Positions 18,855 to 28,564 of a stretch of 64,000 nt of DNA are shown one piece after another. The DNA lies in contig JAUPKF010000001.1 in NCBI GenBank assembly GCA_030837625.1, forward strand, positions 23,496-87,495, written 5' to 3'. Both the position numbers and the translations under genes were made by a program. The notes under the pieces were generated by a model, which was not told the origin of the DNA, ran no database searches, and saw only the letters and a list, made by a program, of their open reading frames with translations. Numbering within the stretch: position 1 is the stretch's first letter; each line of letters starts with the position of its first letter. The stretch is from Patescibacteria group bacterium (GTDB lineage: Bacteria > Patescibacteriota > Minisyncoccia > Moranbacterales > UBA2206).

Positions 18855-19181
18855 ATGCTTAAAGAAAAGGAACCGCATTTTTTCAAAGGCAGTCCGATTC
18901 ATCTTGGCAATGGGGCAGTAGTTACTCCCATTATCAGAAACAAGAAAAGCAAGAAGGCGGACAAACTGATTTCATTTCTCCAAGGAGCCAGGTGGATAAG
19001 GTGCCTGCACCAAAAGGATTGCATTAATGCTACTCAGAGCTATGATGGATTTTCCTGTGAAAACTGCCCTCTCAAGGGAAAGTTGGAACACACTTTCGCT
19101 TTCAATAAGGCGCGGGCTACTCAAGATGCCCTGCAATGCGCGGAGCTTCTATTGGAGGCGTTCAAAGGCGGACTGGCGTAA
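18855..19181 (+). CDS. Hypothetical Cys/His-containing protein (possible small zinc-binding protein).
   Basis: ORF with 'gagggaggcagtttATG' as RBS. Contains 'CLHQKDC' and 'CENCP'. No family was recognised. Confidence 0.35.
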   Translation: MLKEKEPHFFKGSPIHLGNGAVVTPIIRNKKSKKADKLISFLQGARWIRCLHQKDCINATQSYDGFSCENCPLKGKLEHTFAFNKARATQDALQCAELLLEAFKGGLA

Positions 19182-19469
19182 TAGTTCATTTTTTAAGGAG
19201 GATTTTTTTGAGAGGCTAGCGATTTCAATCACTGGTCTCTTTTTTAATTTATGGCATATTAAAAAAGCAAGGCGTAAATTATTTACTTTGTGGCTGTTTG
19301 GCGGTATTATAAAGAAGTAAAAAGTGTTCAGTAACTAGTTAAATAACAACTTTATGCCGATAAAAAAACTGGCGGACAAAAACACCCGAAAACTCACCCG
19401 CATGGGCCGCGCCGGCGGAAGTCTCGGTCTTCACCCTGTTAAATAATTTTAAATTTTTCTATAATTTAT

Positions 19470-19724
19470 ATGCATTATGTCTATGTTCTACGAAGTGGCA
19501 AGGATAATATGAATTATGTGGGTTATAGTAAAAATTTAAAATTAAGATTTGAGGAACACCAGAAAGGGAGAGTTGAATCAACTAAAAATAGGAGACCGTT
19601 AAAATTGATATATTACGAAGTATGTTTAAATCAACAGGATGCTACTCATCGGGAAAAATATTTAAAAACTTATCATGGCAAGATGTTTATTAAAAATCGT
19701 CTCAAATCTTATTTAACAGGGTGA
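19470..19724 (+). CDS. GIY-YIG nuclease-superfamily protein (small UPF0213/YhbQ/Slx1-like endonuclease).
   Basis: 'YVYVLRS ... NYVGYSKNLKLRFEEHQ' matches the GIY...YIG...R...E core. Compact at 84 aa. Confidence 0.7.
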   Translation: MHYVYVLRSGKDNMNYVGYSKNLKLRFEEHQKGRVESTKNRRPLKLIYYEVCLNQQDATHREKYLKTYHGKMFIKNRLKSYLTG

Positions 19725-19816
19725 ACGATTCCCAAAGAAATCGTTACCGCTTTGGGGTGGGAGGAGAGACAGAAGGTGGTGGTTAAGAAATCTGGATCAA
19801 AGCTTATTATTGAAGA

Positions 19817-20608
19817 TTGGAAAAAGTAGGTATTTTTATGCAAACGAATTTTGACCTAAGATTAGCGAATGATTATACCAGCTCATCACAAAAGATTAAG
19901 GTGATGAGTGAGAATTGGGTTGGAAAGAATACTTTTTGTCCTGCGTGCGGTTCGGCAGTTAGGCATTTTGAAAATAATCGTCCGGTGGCTGATTTTTATT
20001 GCGATGATTGTAAAGAGGAATATGAGCTCAAAAGCAAGAAAGATTCAATGGGAACAAAAATCGTAGATGGAGCCTATCGGACGATGATAGAAAGGTTGAA
20101 AAGTGACAATAATCCCAACTTCTTTTTTCTGAATTATGACTTGAAAAATTTTGTGGTTATGAATTTTCTGGTTATACCGAAACATTTTTTTATTCCGGAG
20201 ATAATTGAAAAAAGAAAACCGCTTTCTGTGAATGCGCGGCGGGCCGGCTGGGTTGGATGTAATATTTCCCTTCTAAATATCCCGCAGACAGGCAAAATAT
20301 TTTACATTAAAGACGGAAAAGTTGAAACTAAGAAAGATGTGCTGTTTGGTTGGCAGAAAACTTTGTTTTTGCGGGAAGAGAAACAAACTGATGCGAAGGG
20401 TTGGCTTCTGGACACAATGAATTGCATAGACAAAATTGGCAAAGCGGAGTTTACTCTTGATGAGGTGTATGCTTTTGAAAAAGGATTGAAAGAAAAGCAC
20501 CCGGATAATAACTTTGTAAAAGACAAATTGCGCCAACAATTGCAGGTTTTACGCGACAAAAACTACTTGGAATTTGTGTCGCGTGGGCGTTATAGATTGG
20601 CGATTTGA
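19817..20608 (+). CDS. DpnI-like, Dam-replacing family, methyl-directed type IIM restriction endonuclease.
   Basis: Shares signature blocks with S. pneumoniae DpnI as recalled from memory: 'CPACG...HFENNRPVADFYC', 'DGAYRTMIERL..DNNPNFFFLNY', 'RKPLSVNARRAGWVGCNI', 'EFTLDEVYAFE' and 'LRQQLQVLRDKNYLEF..RGRYR'. The last block is the C-terminal winged-helix region. Confidence 0.8.
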   Translation: MEKVGIFMQTNFDLRLANDYTSSSQKIKVMSENWVGKNTFCPACGSAVRHFENNRPVADFYCDDCKEEYELKSKKDSMGTKIVDGAYRTMIERLKSDNNPNFFFLNYDLKNFVVMNFLVIPKHFFIPEIIEKRKPLSVNARRAGWVGCNISLLNIPQTGKIFYIKDGKVETKKDVLFGWQKTLFLREEKQTDAKGWLLDTMNCIDKIGKAEFTLDEVYAFEKGLKEKHPDNNFVKDKLRQQLQVLRDKNYLEFVSRGRYRLAI

Positions 20609-20668
20609 CATAATTTCGAAAACGATCAAAAATTGATCAGAAATAAACATTAACTTCTGTTCAATTCC

Positions 20669-20926
20669 ATGAAAATTTCAAGAGAGTCAGCGTTAAAAAT
20701 TCTAAAATATTTGAACGAACATCCCGATTTCTATTTCCCGTTTCAAGTAATGTGTCATGAATATTTGGATGAAGGCGGCGAGATGATGGAAATTGAGTCG
20801 GGTGAGTGGGAGATGATTGCGAGCGACGATAAATACCAAACTTTCGAGATTTGGGAAAACTTGCAAGATTTATATCCCGAAACACTGGAACTGATGGTGA
20901 AAGGTTTTTTGGAGAAAATTACCTAA
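20669..20926 (+). CDS. Hypothetical acidic small protein. Its TAA stop is followed in-frame by a 78-codon startless ORF (20927-21163).
   Basis: ORF. Rich in Glu/Asp and aromatics ('GEWEMIASDDKYQTFEIWENLQDLYPE'). Confidence 0.4.
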   Translation: MKISRESALKILKYLNEHPDFYFPFQVMCHEYLDEGGEMMEIESGEWEMIASDDKYQTFEIWENLQDLYPETLELMVKGFLEKIT

Positions 20927-21200
20927 TCTGAGAAGGAAGTTGGTAATTTCATTTTTTATACAAGCAAAGGATTCACATTTCAACCAGACTCCAAAGAGGA
21001 CTCACAGGGAGTCGAAAATTGCCAGGTTCTCGGATGGGGCAATGGAAATAGCGCCGAAGAAGCTTTTGAGAAGTTCAAAGAAGAGAATCCTTGGTTGTGG
21101 AAGTTGAGACTTGAGAGAGTAGTTGGAGTTGAATTGAAAAACAAAAAAAGAGTTTCATTTTAACCTGAAATAAAAAGCTGTAAAAACTTTTTATATCATT

Positions 21201-21413
21201 ATGAAAACTAAAACTCAACCAAAAACCTACACCTGCCAGAATTGCAAAAACACAAATGAATCCGTAGGTATTATCCAGAAAGAAATAAATTATTATTCTC
21301 TATGTTTGGAAACGAATCAGTGGAAGGATTTTCATGGAAATGGAAGCGTCGAATCGAAGGAATATTTTTGTTTGAATTGTAAAGAGAAAATTGATGATTT
21401 GGAATTAGACTAA
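21201..21413 (+). CDS. Hypothetical zinc-ribbon protein.
   Basis: Two CxxC pairs ('CQNCKN', 'CLNCKEK'). Confidence 0.4.
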   Translation: MKTKTQPKTYTCQNCKNTNESVGIIQKEINYYSLCLETNQWKDFHGNGSVESKEYFCLNCKEKIDDLELD

Positions 21414-21736
21414 TCAAAAGATTTTAGCTTCCTCCTCATCATGCACGAGCATTTATTTATTTTCAAAAAATAACCTTATGTCTTACGTAAGATTCCAACA
21501 CAAAACCTACGGTGAGATGGTGACGACACCGGAGAATTGGATTCAATATCCGCTTTTTGACGCGACAGATGATGAAGGTAATACTGTGCCGGTGTATGAA
21601 AGTGATTGTGAGAATCCAAAGTATGCTGGAGAGTAGAAGCGCAAACTTCTTTCCATTGCACAGCATGCTACGTAGCACCCCGGTGAAATAAAGATACATT
21701 TAACGAAAATAAACTAATTTTAAATTTTTTCAAACT

Positions 21737-22018
21737 ATGCTAAAAGAATACGTCGCTTATCTCAAAGACAACCCGCAGGGGTATTGGTTCAAGCACAAGC
21801 TTTACGGTTGGGGCTGGGTGCCTGTCAGATGGCAGGGTTGGCTTGTTGTGGCTGTCGGTGTAGCTGTTCTCTTTGCTGGCGTTTGGGTCGGGGAAACGGA
21901 TGACGCACCAGGAGCGGCACTTTTGGGATTTCTCCTGATGATTGGACTTATATTCACTTTCGGTTTTTGGAAAGGCGAAAAGCCAAAATGGCAGTGGGGA
22001 CCGCCAAAAGACAAATAG
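21737..22018 (+). CDS. Hypothetical Trp-rich membrane protein with two predicted transmembrane helices.
   Basis: 'GWLVVAVGVAVLFAGVWV' and 'LLGFLLMIGLIFTFGFW'. Confidence 0.4.
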   Translation: MLKEYVAYLKDNPQGYWFKHKLYGWGWVPVRWQGWLVVAVGVAVLFAGVWVGETDDAPGAALLGFLLMIGLIFTFGFWKGEKPKWQWGPPKDK

Positions 22019-22187
22019 TATTCTTTGAGATCTATATTAAAAACGCCACAAGCTGGCTTTTTTGGCGTAAGAAAAATCTGCATAGTCTTCGTTTCGCCCG
22101 AAATAATTCTTTGTGGTTGACGGTAGTGTATTATGGGTATATATTCATAATATAAATATATCCAAAATAGAAAGGCGGGTGATAATT

Positions 22188-22442
22188 ATGCCGAGAAAAA
22201 ATGGAACAGGCCCAGCGGGAGCGGGGCCGATGTCGGGACGGGGAATGGGCTCTTGTCAAAAAGGGTTCGGTTCGGGCCTAGAAATGGGCAGGGGCTATGG
22301 CAGGGCAATGTGCGGATGGTTCTATCGCAAATATCAGGCAATGCCAACGGAAGAAAGAAAAGATTTGCTAAAGTCCGAGATTGAGGATTTGAAACAAGAA
22401 ATGCAAATGGTGGAGGAAGAACTGAGAGAACTGGAGAAGTAA
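22188..22442 (+). CDS. DUF5320-like small protein with a Gly-rich N-terminus and a C-terminal coiled coil.
   Basis: 'MPRKNGTGPAGAGPMSGRGMGSCQKGFGSG' followed by 'LKSEIEDLKQEMQMVEEELRELEK'. SD 'aaaggcgggtgataattATG'. It is the typical partner of DUF134 proteins. Confidence 0.5.
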   Translation: MPRKNGTGPAGAGPMSGRGMGSCQKGFGSGLEMGRGYGRAMCGWFYRKYQAMPTEERKDLLKSEIEDLKQEMQMVEEELRELEK

Positions 22443-22530
22443 TTTCCATCAGGAGCAGTCTTTCTCTTTCCTTAGCTAGCGAGGAAGGAGAAGATTGTTT
22501 TTGATGATATAATTAAATCAGTTAACAATT

Positions 22531-22806
22531 ATGGTAAGACCAAGAACATGCCGAAGGCTTCGTTTCAGACCAAAAGCGCACTATTTCAAACCTCAGGGCG
22601 TTTCAATGCATCAATTGGAAGAAGTGGTTCTAACCAAGGAAGAAATGGAAGCGGTAAAACTCAAAGATTTTGACGGGATGGAACAAACTGAAGCTGCGGA
22701 AAAAATGAACACCTCGCAAAGCACTTTTCAGCGGATTTTGTCTTCTGCCAGAGCGAAAATCGCGGAGGCGATTGTCAGGGGCAAAGCGTTGAGAATCGAA
22801 GAATAA
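22531..22806 (+). CDS. DUF134/UPF0251-family predicted DNA-binding protein.
   Basis: 'MVRPRTCRRLRFRPKAHYFKPQG' is the DUF134 N-terminal signature. The C-terminal half is helix-turn-helix-like: 'TEAAEKMNTSQSTFQRILSSARAKIAEAI'. Confidence 0.65.
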   Translation: MVRPRTCRRLRFRPKAHYFKPQGVSMHQLEEVVLTKEEMEAVKLKDFDGMEQTEAAEKMNTSQSTFQRILSSARAKIAEAIVRGKALRIEE

Positions 22807-23088
22807 ACCGCGCCAAAAACGGCGCAACAGGCATTGCTAAGAAAGCTTTGGCACGCGTCATCAACGGAACGTGCCTTGTTTTGCGGTTGGTACGTCGCGC
22901 GCTTTGACGTCTGGCGCGTTTGACAGCTTTTGAGCGAAAAGGGTATTATTGCCAGTGTGGCGGTGAAGCTGTGTTTTTGATAGCCCGCTTTGTTTGTGAT
23001 TATTAAAGAACTGATTTAGCTAAAAAATTTAAATAATTTATTTAATATTAAGACGAACAATATGGAAATATCTAAGGGGGTGGATGGC

Positions 23089-24369
23089 ATGAAAAACGCG
23101 AGCGTTGGCATTATCGGTTTGGGGTATGTCGGGTTGCCGCTGGCTTTGCGCGCGGCGGAGAAAGGATATAAGGTTTATGGATTTGATTTGGATCGCAAGA
23201 AAATCGAAATCATAAGAAGCGGGAAAAGTCCTTTTAAAGAAGAGTTTATTGAGGAAAGGAAGGAGTTTCTTTCCAAGGTAAATGCTTCGAATAATCCAAG
23301 CGCTCTTAAAAAAGCGGATATTGTTATTGTTTGTGTTCCCACTCCCGTGGACGAAAAGTTTTACCCCATCCTTGATCCGCTCTTGTCGGCCACAGAGATT
23401 ATCATCAAGAACCGCCAGCCTGGGCAACTGATCATTATCGAATCGACGATCAATCCGGGGATATGCGAAGACGTTATCGCCAAAAAGTTTTCCGAGGCCG
23501 GCCTACGGGAAGGCAAAGACTATTATCTGGCGCACTGTCCGGAACGGATTGATCCGGGAAATAAGAAGTGGAATGTGACCAATATCCCTAGGGTTTTGGG
23601 AGCGATGTCGAAAAAGGGTTTGGCAATGGCTCAGAAGTTTTATGAGTCGATAATCGACGCCCCCATAAAGCCGATGGGATCGATAAAAGAGGCTGAGGCT
23701 TGCAAGGTGGTTGAGAATTCTTTTCGCGACATCAACATCGCTTTTGTGAACGAGCTGGCCAAAAGCTTTGACAAAATGGGCATTGATGCCAAAAACGTTA
23801 TCGAGGGAGCGGCCACTAAACCGTTTGCTTTTATGGCGCACTATCCCGGGCGCGGCGTGGGTGGGCATTGTATCCCCGTCGATCCGTACTATTTGATCGA
23901 GCGGGCCAAGGAATCGGGATTTGACCATAAACTTTTGCGTACCGCCCGTGAGATAAATAATTCTATGCCGATTTACACGGTGGAAATAATGCAGGATCTT
24001 TTAAACGGCATCGGTTTGGCGATGAAAGGGACGAATATCGGAGTGATGGGTTTGTCGTATAAAGCCAATATTGATGATTTGCGCGAGTCGCCGTCTATAA
24101 AAATAATTGAAGAGTTGGAAAAGAAGGAAGCTGGCATTGTTCGTTTTGACCCGTATATCCAATCGATGTCGGATGTGCCCGATCTGAAAACTTTTCTCAA
24201 GAAATGCGATGCCATCATTTTGGTCACCAATCATAAAGAATTTTTAGAGATCGATCCGGAAGCTTTCAAAAAAAACAAAATCCGGGCGATTGTGGACGGG
24301 ATGAATTGTCTGGACGGAAAGAAGCTGAAAAAACTGGGCATTCAGTACCACGGAATCGGCCGGAAGTAA
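23089..24369 (+). CDS. Nucleotide-sugar dehydrogenase of the UDP-glucose/GDP-mannose dehydrogenase family, resembling UDP-N-acetyl-D-mannosamine or UDP-GlcNAc 6-dehydrogenase.
   Basis: Rossmann motif 'VGIIGLGYVGLPLA', catalytic Cys region 'GRGVGGHCIPVDP' and a C-terminal UDP-binding domain. The ATG at 23089 has the SD 'aaggggg'. Confidence 0.85.
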   Translation: MKNASVGIIGLGYVGLPLALRAAEKGYKVYGFDLDRKKIEIIRSGKSPFKEEFIEERKEFLSKVNASNNPSALKKADIVIVCVPTPVDEKFYPILDPLLSATEIIIKNRQPGQLIIIESTINPGICEDVIAKKFSEAGLREGKDYYLAHCPERIDPGNKKWNVTNIPRVLGAMSKKGLAMAQKFYESIIDAPIKPMGSIKEAEACKVVENSFRDINIAFVNELAKSFDKMGIDAKNVIEGAATKPFAFMAHYPGRGVGGHCIPVDPYYLIERAKESGFDHKLLRTAREINNSMPIYTVEIMQDLLNGIGLAMKGTNIGVMGLSYKANIDDLRESPSIKIIEELEKKEAGIVRFDPYIQSMSDVPDLKTFLKKCDAIILVTNHKEFLEIDPEAFKKNKIRAIVDGMNCLDGKKLKKLGIQYHGIGRK

Positions 24370-24465
24370 CTTTATAACGTCGATGTGTGGGAATTTTAAA
24401 ACGCTGATTCGCATGTCCGGCATTTGTAGTGCCGGTTCACGACGCGATAGCGGAGTGAATAACTT

Positions 24466-25362
24466 ATGATTTATAAAAACATCTTGGAAACTATCGGCCG
24501 CACGCCGATGGTCAAAATTAACAAACTCAATCCCAATCCGCGGACGGAAATTTTTGCCAAGCTGGAAGGCGGCAATCCCGGCGGGAGCATTAAAGACCGG
24601 ATCGCCCTCAAGATGATCGAGCAGGCGATCATGGAAGGAGTTTTAACCAAGGATAAAACCATCATCGAGCCGACGTCGGGCAACACCGGCATCGGCCTGG
24701 CTATGATTGGAGCGGCGCTGGGTTATAAAGTGGAAATCGTGATGAGTGCGGCGGTCTCGGTGGAACGCCAAAAAACTATCCGGGCTTACGGCGTTGAGAT
24801 AATTCTCACTGATTCCCAAAAAGGAACGGACGGCGCGATTATGAAAGCCCGGGAAATGGTGGCGGAAAATCCCGAAAAATATTTTATGCCGGACCAGTTC
24901 TCTAATAAATTCAATAAAATCGCCCACTACGAAACGACGGCGCGAGAAATCTGGGAAGATATGGAAGGCAAGTTGGACTATTTTGTCAGCGCTATCGGGA
25001 CTTCCGGCACGATTATGGGCGTGGCGGCCTATCTCAAAAAATACAATCCGGCGGTAAAAATAGTTTGCGCTTATCCGGAAAAAGGGCACTATATCCAGGG
25101 GCTGAAAAATATGGAAGAGGCGATTGTTCCGGCTATTTACGATAAAAGCAAAATCGACGAGTTTATCAATATTGAATCGGAAGCGGCCTTTGAAATGGCG
25201 CGGCGGATTGTCCGCGAAGAAGGAATATTCGCCGGTATGTCCAGCGGGGCGGCGATGCTGGCGGCTCGTGAACTGGCGCAAAAAATCTCTTCTGGCCGCA
25301 TCGCGGTGATTTTTCCCGATCGGGGAGAAAAATACTTGAGCACGAAACTTTTTTCAAACTAA
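24466..25362 (+). CDS. cysK: Cysteine synthase / O-acetylserine sulfhydrylase (PLP-dependent).
   Basis: 'GGNPGGSIKDRIAL' PLP-lysine motif, and 'GTSGT' and 'GMSSGAA' loops. Confidence 0.9.
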   Translation: MIYKNILETIGRTPMVKINKLNPNPRTEIFAKLEGGNPGGSIKDRIALKMIEQAIMEGVLTKDKTIIEPTSGNTGIGLAMIGAALGYKVEIVMSAAVSVERQKTIRAYGVEIILTDSQKGTDGAIMKAREMVAENPEKYFMPDQFSNKFNKIAHYETTAREIWEDMEGKLDYFVSAIGTSGTIMGVAAYLKKYNPAVKIVCAYPEKGHYIQGLKNMEEAIVPAIYDKSKIDEFINIESEAAFEMARRIVREEGIFAGMSSGAAMLAARELAQKISSGRIAVIFPDRGEKYLSTKLFSN

Positions 25363-25380
25363 TAAAAAAGTACGTAACTC

Positions 25381-25404
25381 GGAACGTACCCGGGTACGTT
25401 CCGG
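25381..25404. repeat. Perfect 24-bp palindrome downstream of cysK.
   Basis: 'cggaacgtaccc gggtacgttccg'. No T-run follows. It is followed by an 'atttcgta' tandem motif. Confidence 0.5.
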
Positions 25405-25506
25405 AAGTTGGCTTGATAAAATGCAAGGACATGCGAGAAAAATTACCTGGGAGCCTAAGCGCAACTTAGACGTTTCGTATTTCGCTAATTTCGTATTTCG
25501 TAAAAC

Positions 25507-26364
25507 ATGAAAATTCATCTTTCTCAATTCGCGGGGTTTTGCGGGGGGGTGAGGCGGGCGTATGATATGGTCGCGGGCTTGGATATGGCGGCGGCCAGGC
25601 AGCCGGTTTTTATCTTGGGTTCCCTTGTCCATAATGACGCGGTGAACGAGAGAATCGAAAAAAAAGGTATTTCAAGAATCGATCGGGAAACTTTTTTCGC
25701 GGCGAGCGCGGGCGAAATCGGAACGATTATTATTACGGCGCACGGTTCCGGACCGGATGTGTACGCGGCGGCTAAAGAAAAAAATATCGACATTATCGAC
25801 ACGACTTGCCCGAAAGTTTTGAAAGTTCAGCGCCTGGCGCGGGCGTATAAAAAACGCGGATACGCGATTATTTTGGTTGGCGACCGCGACCATAAGGAAA
25901 CGCGCGGCATTGACGAGTGGGGCGGAGGCGGCGCGGCGATTATTTCCAATGATGATGATTTAAAAAATATACATTTGGATAGAAGTGGCAAAATCGCGGT
26001 TTTGGCGCAAACGACGCAAAACGAAGATTTTTTTCGGCGCGTCGGAGAGTATTTGAAGAAAAAGTATTCCGACGTCAAGGTTTTGCCGACGACTTGCGGC
26101 GCGACTCATGAGCGCCAGGAAGAAGTAAAAAGACTGGCCAATGAATTCGAGACGGTTTTGGTTATCGGTTCGCCGGAAAGCGCCAATTCCAACCGGCTGT
26201 ATGAGATCGCCAAAGAAATAAACGCTAAAACATATTTTATTGAAAACGCGGATCAGCTTGAAGATGTGTGGTTCAAAGGAGTTAAAAGCGCGGCCGTAAC
26301 CGCCGGCGCTTCCACGCCGGAATGGGTGATTGAAGATGTTATAAATCATCTGCGCTTGATTTAG
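25507..26364 (+). CDS. ispH: 4-hydroxy-3-methylbut-2-enyl diphosphate reductase IspH/LytB.
   Basis: 'FAGFCGGVRRA', 'HNDAVNE', 'DTTCPKV' and 'TTCGATHERQEE' contain the three Fe-S-ligating Cys of IspH. Confidence 0.95.
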   Translation: MKIHLSQFAGFCGGVRRAYDMVAGLDMAAARQPVFILGSLVHNDAVNERIEKKGISRIDRETFFAASAGEIGTIIITAHGSGPDVYAAAKEKNIDIIDTTCPKVLKVQRLARAYKKRGYAIILVGDRDHKETRGIDEWGGGGAAIISNDDDLKNIHLDRSGKIAVLAQTTQNEDFFRRVGEYLKKKYSDVKVLPTTCGATHERQEEVKRLANEFETVLVIGSPESANSNRLYEIAKEINAKTYFIENADQLEDVWFKGVKSAAVTAGASTPEWVIEDVINHLRLI

Positions 26365-26413
26365 GCGGAAATATGGGTTATGCTGGAAAGTGTAAAACAT
26401 AAAAATAAATGCC

Positions 26414-27229
26414 ATGTCAAGTATTCTTATAGTCGAGGATGATCCGATGATATCGGAAATATACCAGAGGAAATTCACCGAAGCCGGTTTCGAGGTTTTT
26501 GTGGCTGAATCGGGAGAGCAGGTTCTATCGCTGGCGAAAAAAGAAAAAGTTGATTTGATTCTTTTGGATCTAATCATGCCCAGGATGGACGGCTTTGAAG
26601 TGATAAAAAGTTTGCGGAGTGGAAATTATGATCCAAATTTGAAAGTGGTGGTCTTTAGCAATCTGAATCAGAAAGAGGATCGGGAAAAGGCGTTAAATCT
26701 GGGGGCGGATGGCTTTGTCTCTAAATCTGAATATACCCCAACAGCATTAGTTGGCGAAGTTGGAAGGCTACTGAATCAATTTCGGGAAAAAGAAAAAAAT
26801 GAGAAAAGAGAGAATGATAGAGAAAACGGCCTTATCTCGGATAATATCCAGGGAAGTGCTGACGCTAAAAAAATTTTGATAATTGAAGACGAGGTGATCT
26901 TTATTGATATGTTTGGGGAAAAACTTAGGGCGGAAGGATATATCGTTGATTCGGCGGAAAACGGCGCCTGGGGTTTGAAAAAAGCCTTGGAAGGAGATTA
27001 TGATCTACTGGTTATCGATATGATGATGCCGGCTATGACTGGAGAAGAAATAGTGGGGAAACTCAAGTCGGAAGAGAAAACGAAAAATATTCCTATAATC
27101 ATTCTTTCCGCTTCGGTGGAAGACGCGGCGGCGAAGAAAGTCCAGGAGCTCGGAATCAGCGCTTTTTTCGTGAAAACCCAGCTTATCCCAAGCGATTTGT
27201 GCAGGGAAATAAATAAAGTATTGTCATAA
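26414..27229 (+). CDS. Response-regulator protein with two tandem receiver (REC) domains and no output domain.
   Basis: Two REC-like units, each with 'ILIVEDD'/'ILIIEDE', a phospho-acceptor Asp context ('LILLDLIMP', 'LLVIDMMMP') and a conserved Lys region. Confidence 0.8.
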   Translation: MSSILIVEDDPMISEIYQRKFTEAGFEVFVAESGEQVLSLAKKEKVDLILLDLIMPRMDGFEVIKSLRSGNYDPNLKVVVFSNLNQKEDREKALNLGADGFVSKSEYTPTALVGEVGRLLNQFREKEKNEKRENDRENGLISDNIQGSADAKKILIIEDEVIFIDMFGEKLRAEGYIVDSAENGAWGLKKALEGDYDLLVIDMMMPAMTGEEIVGKLKSEEKTKNIPIIILSASVEDAAAKKVQELGISAFFVKTQLIPSDLCREINKVLS

Positions 27230-27231
27230 TC

Positions 27232-28551
27232 ATGAAAAGAGCTTTAATCAGTGAAACTCCGGAAATGGTTGGCAAGGAAGTCCGGCTTTGCGGCTGGGTG
27301 AATGTCCGGCGCGACCATGGCAAGTTGATTTTTATCGACCTGCGTGATCGCAGCGGAATAATCCAAGCGGTGGTGATTCCGGATAAAGTCGAAGCTTACG
27401 CCTTGGCCAAGGAAGCGAGAAGCGAATACGCGGTTGAAATTTTTGGCTTGATCAAGGAACGTCCAGGGAGCCAAACAAAAGAGGGCGAAAAAACCGGCGG
27501 AGTGGAAATGGAAGTGGCGGAAATGAAAATAATTTCTCCGGTAGAGGGGGAGTTGCCTTTTGACGTTTCTAAAAAAGAACTGGACGTGAATATCCAGACG
27601 CTTTTGGACAACCGTAATTTGTCGCTTCGCAACAAAAAAGTAAATGATATTTTCAAAGTTTACAGCCAAGTTCTGAAATCGTACGCGGAAGTGATGCGAG
27701 AAAATGATTTTTTGGAAATAAAAACTCCCAAAATCGTCAGCGCGGCCACCGAGGGCGGAGCCAACTTTTTCAAAATCAAATATTTCAAAAGGGAAGCGTA
27801 TCTTGCCCAAAGCCCGCAATTTTACAAACAAGCCGGAGTAGGGGCGTTTGAACGGGTGTTTGAAATCGGGTCGGTATTTCGGGCCGAACCGCATTTCACT
27901 TCGCGACACGTCAACGAGTTTGTGGGGCTGGACGCGGAGATGGGATTTATCGAAAGTTTTGAGGATATTATGAGCCAGTTGGAAGGGGTTTTCAAAAAAA
28001 TATTTTCTGATGTTAGGGAAAATTGCGGAGACATTTTGGCGGAATATGAAAGCGAAATATTCGTGCCGAAAACATTCCCGAAAATAAAGCTCACGGAGGC
28101 CATGGACATTTTAAGAAAAGAGTACGGTAAGGAAATGGAGGGGATTGATATGGATCCAGAAAGTGAAAGGTTGATTTCTGAATGGGCCAAGAAAACGTAT
28201 AATTCTGATTTTATTTTCCTCACTCATTATCCGTCCAGTATCCGGCCTTTTTACGCTATGCCCAGCGCCGATCCGCAGTACACGGAGAGTTTCGACTTGA
28301 TTTTTAAGGGCGTGGAGATTGCCACCGGCGGACAAAGAATTCATAACTATAATCAATTGGTGGCAAATATCAAAAAACATCGGCTGAATCCAGATGACTT
28401 CAAAGATTATTTGGAGATATTCAAGCTGGGGATGCCGCCGCATGGAGGTTGGGGATTGGGATCGGAAAGGATTGTCCAGAAATTTTTAGGAATAAAGAGC
28501 ATTAAGGAGGCGATTCTTTTCCCGCGGGACGTCAAAAGGCTGACACCGTAG
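27232..28551 (+). CDS. aspS: Aspartyl-tRNA synthetase, short archaeal/type-2 form (AsnRS not fully excluded).
   Basis: N-terminal OB fold. Class II motifs '[24 protein letters not shown]' and '[21 protein letters not shown]'. Length 439 aa. Confidence 0.75.
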   Translation: MKRALISETPEMVGKEVRLCGWVNVRRDHGKLIFIDLRDRSGIIQAVVIPDKVEAYALAKEARSEYAVEIFGLIKERPGSQTKEGEKTGGVEMEVAEMKIISPVEGELPFDVSKKELDVNIQTLLDNRNLSLRNKKVNDIFKVYSQVLKSYAEVMRENDFLEIKTPKIVSAATEGGANFFKIKYFKREAYLAQSPQFYKQAGVGAFERVFEIGSVFRAEPHFTSRHVNEFVGLDAEMGFIESFEDIMSQLEGVFKKIFSDVRENCGDILAEYESEIFVPKTFPKIKLTEAMDILRKEYGKEMEGIDMDPESERLISEWAKKTYNSDFIFLTHYPSSIRPFYAMPSADPQYTESFDLIFKGVEIATGGQRIHNYNQLVANIKKHRLNPDDFKDYLEIFKLGMPPHGGWGLGSERIVQKFLGIKSIKEAILFPRDVKRLTP

Positions 28552-28564
28552 CCCGCCTTGCGGG

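Noticed and set aside
22810-23040. GC-richer noncoding stretch with hairpins ('gcgccaaaaacggcgc', 'ggcacgcgtcatcaacggaacgtgcc' plus a T-run), considered as a possible small RNA gene.
   Set aside because: There is no recognisable family and no flanking promoter. It may be only the terminator of the DUF134 gene plus the 5' UTR of the dehydrogenase gene. It was left unannotated.
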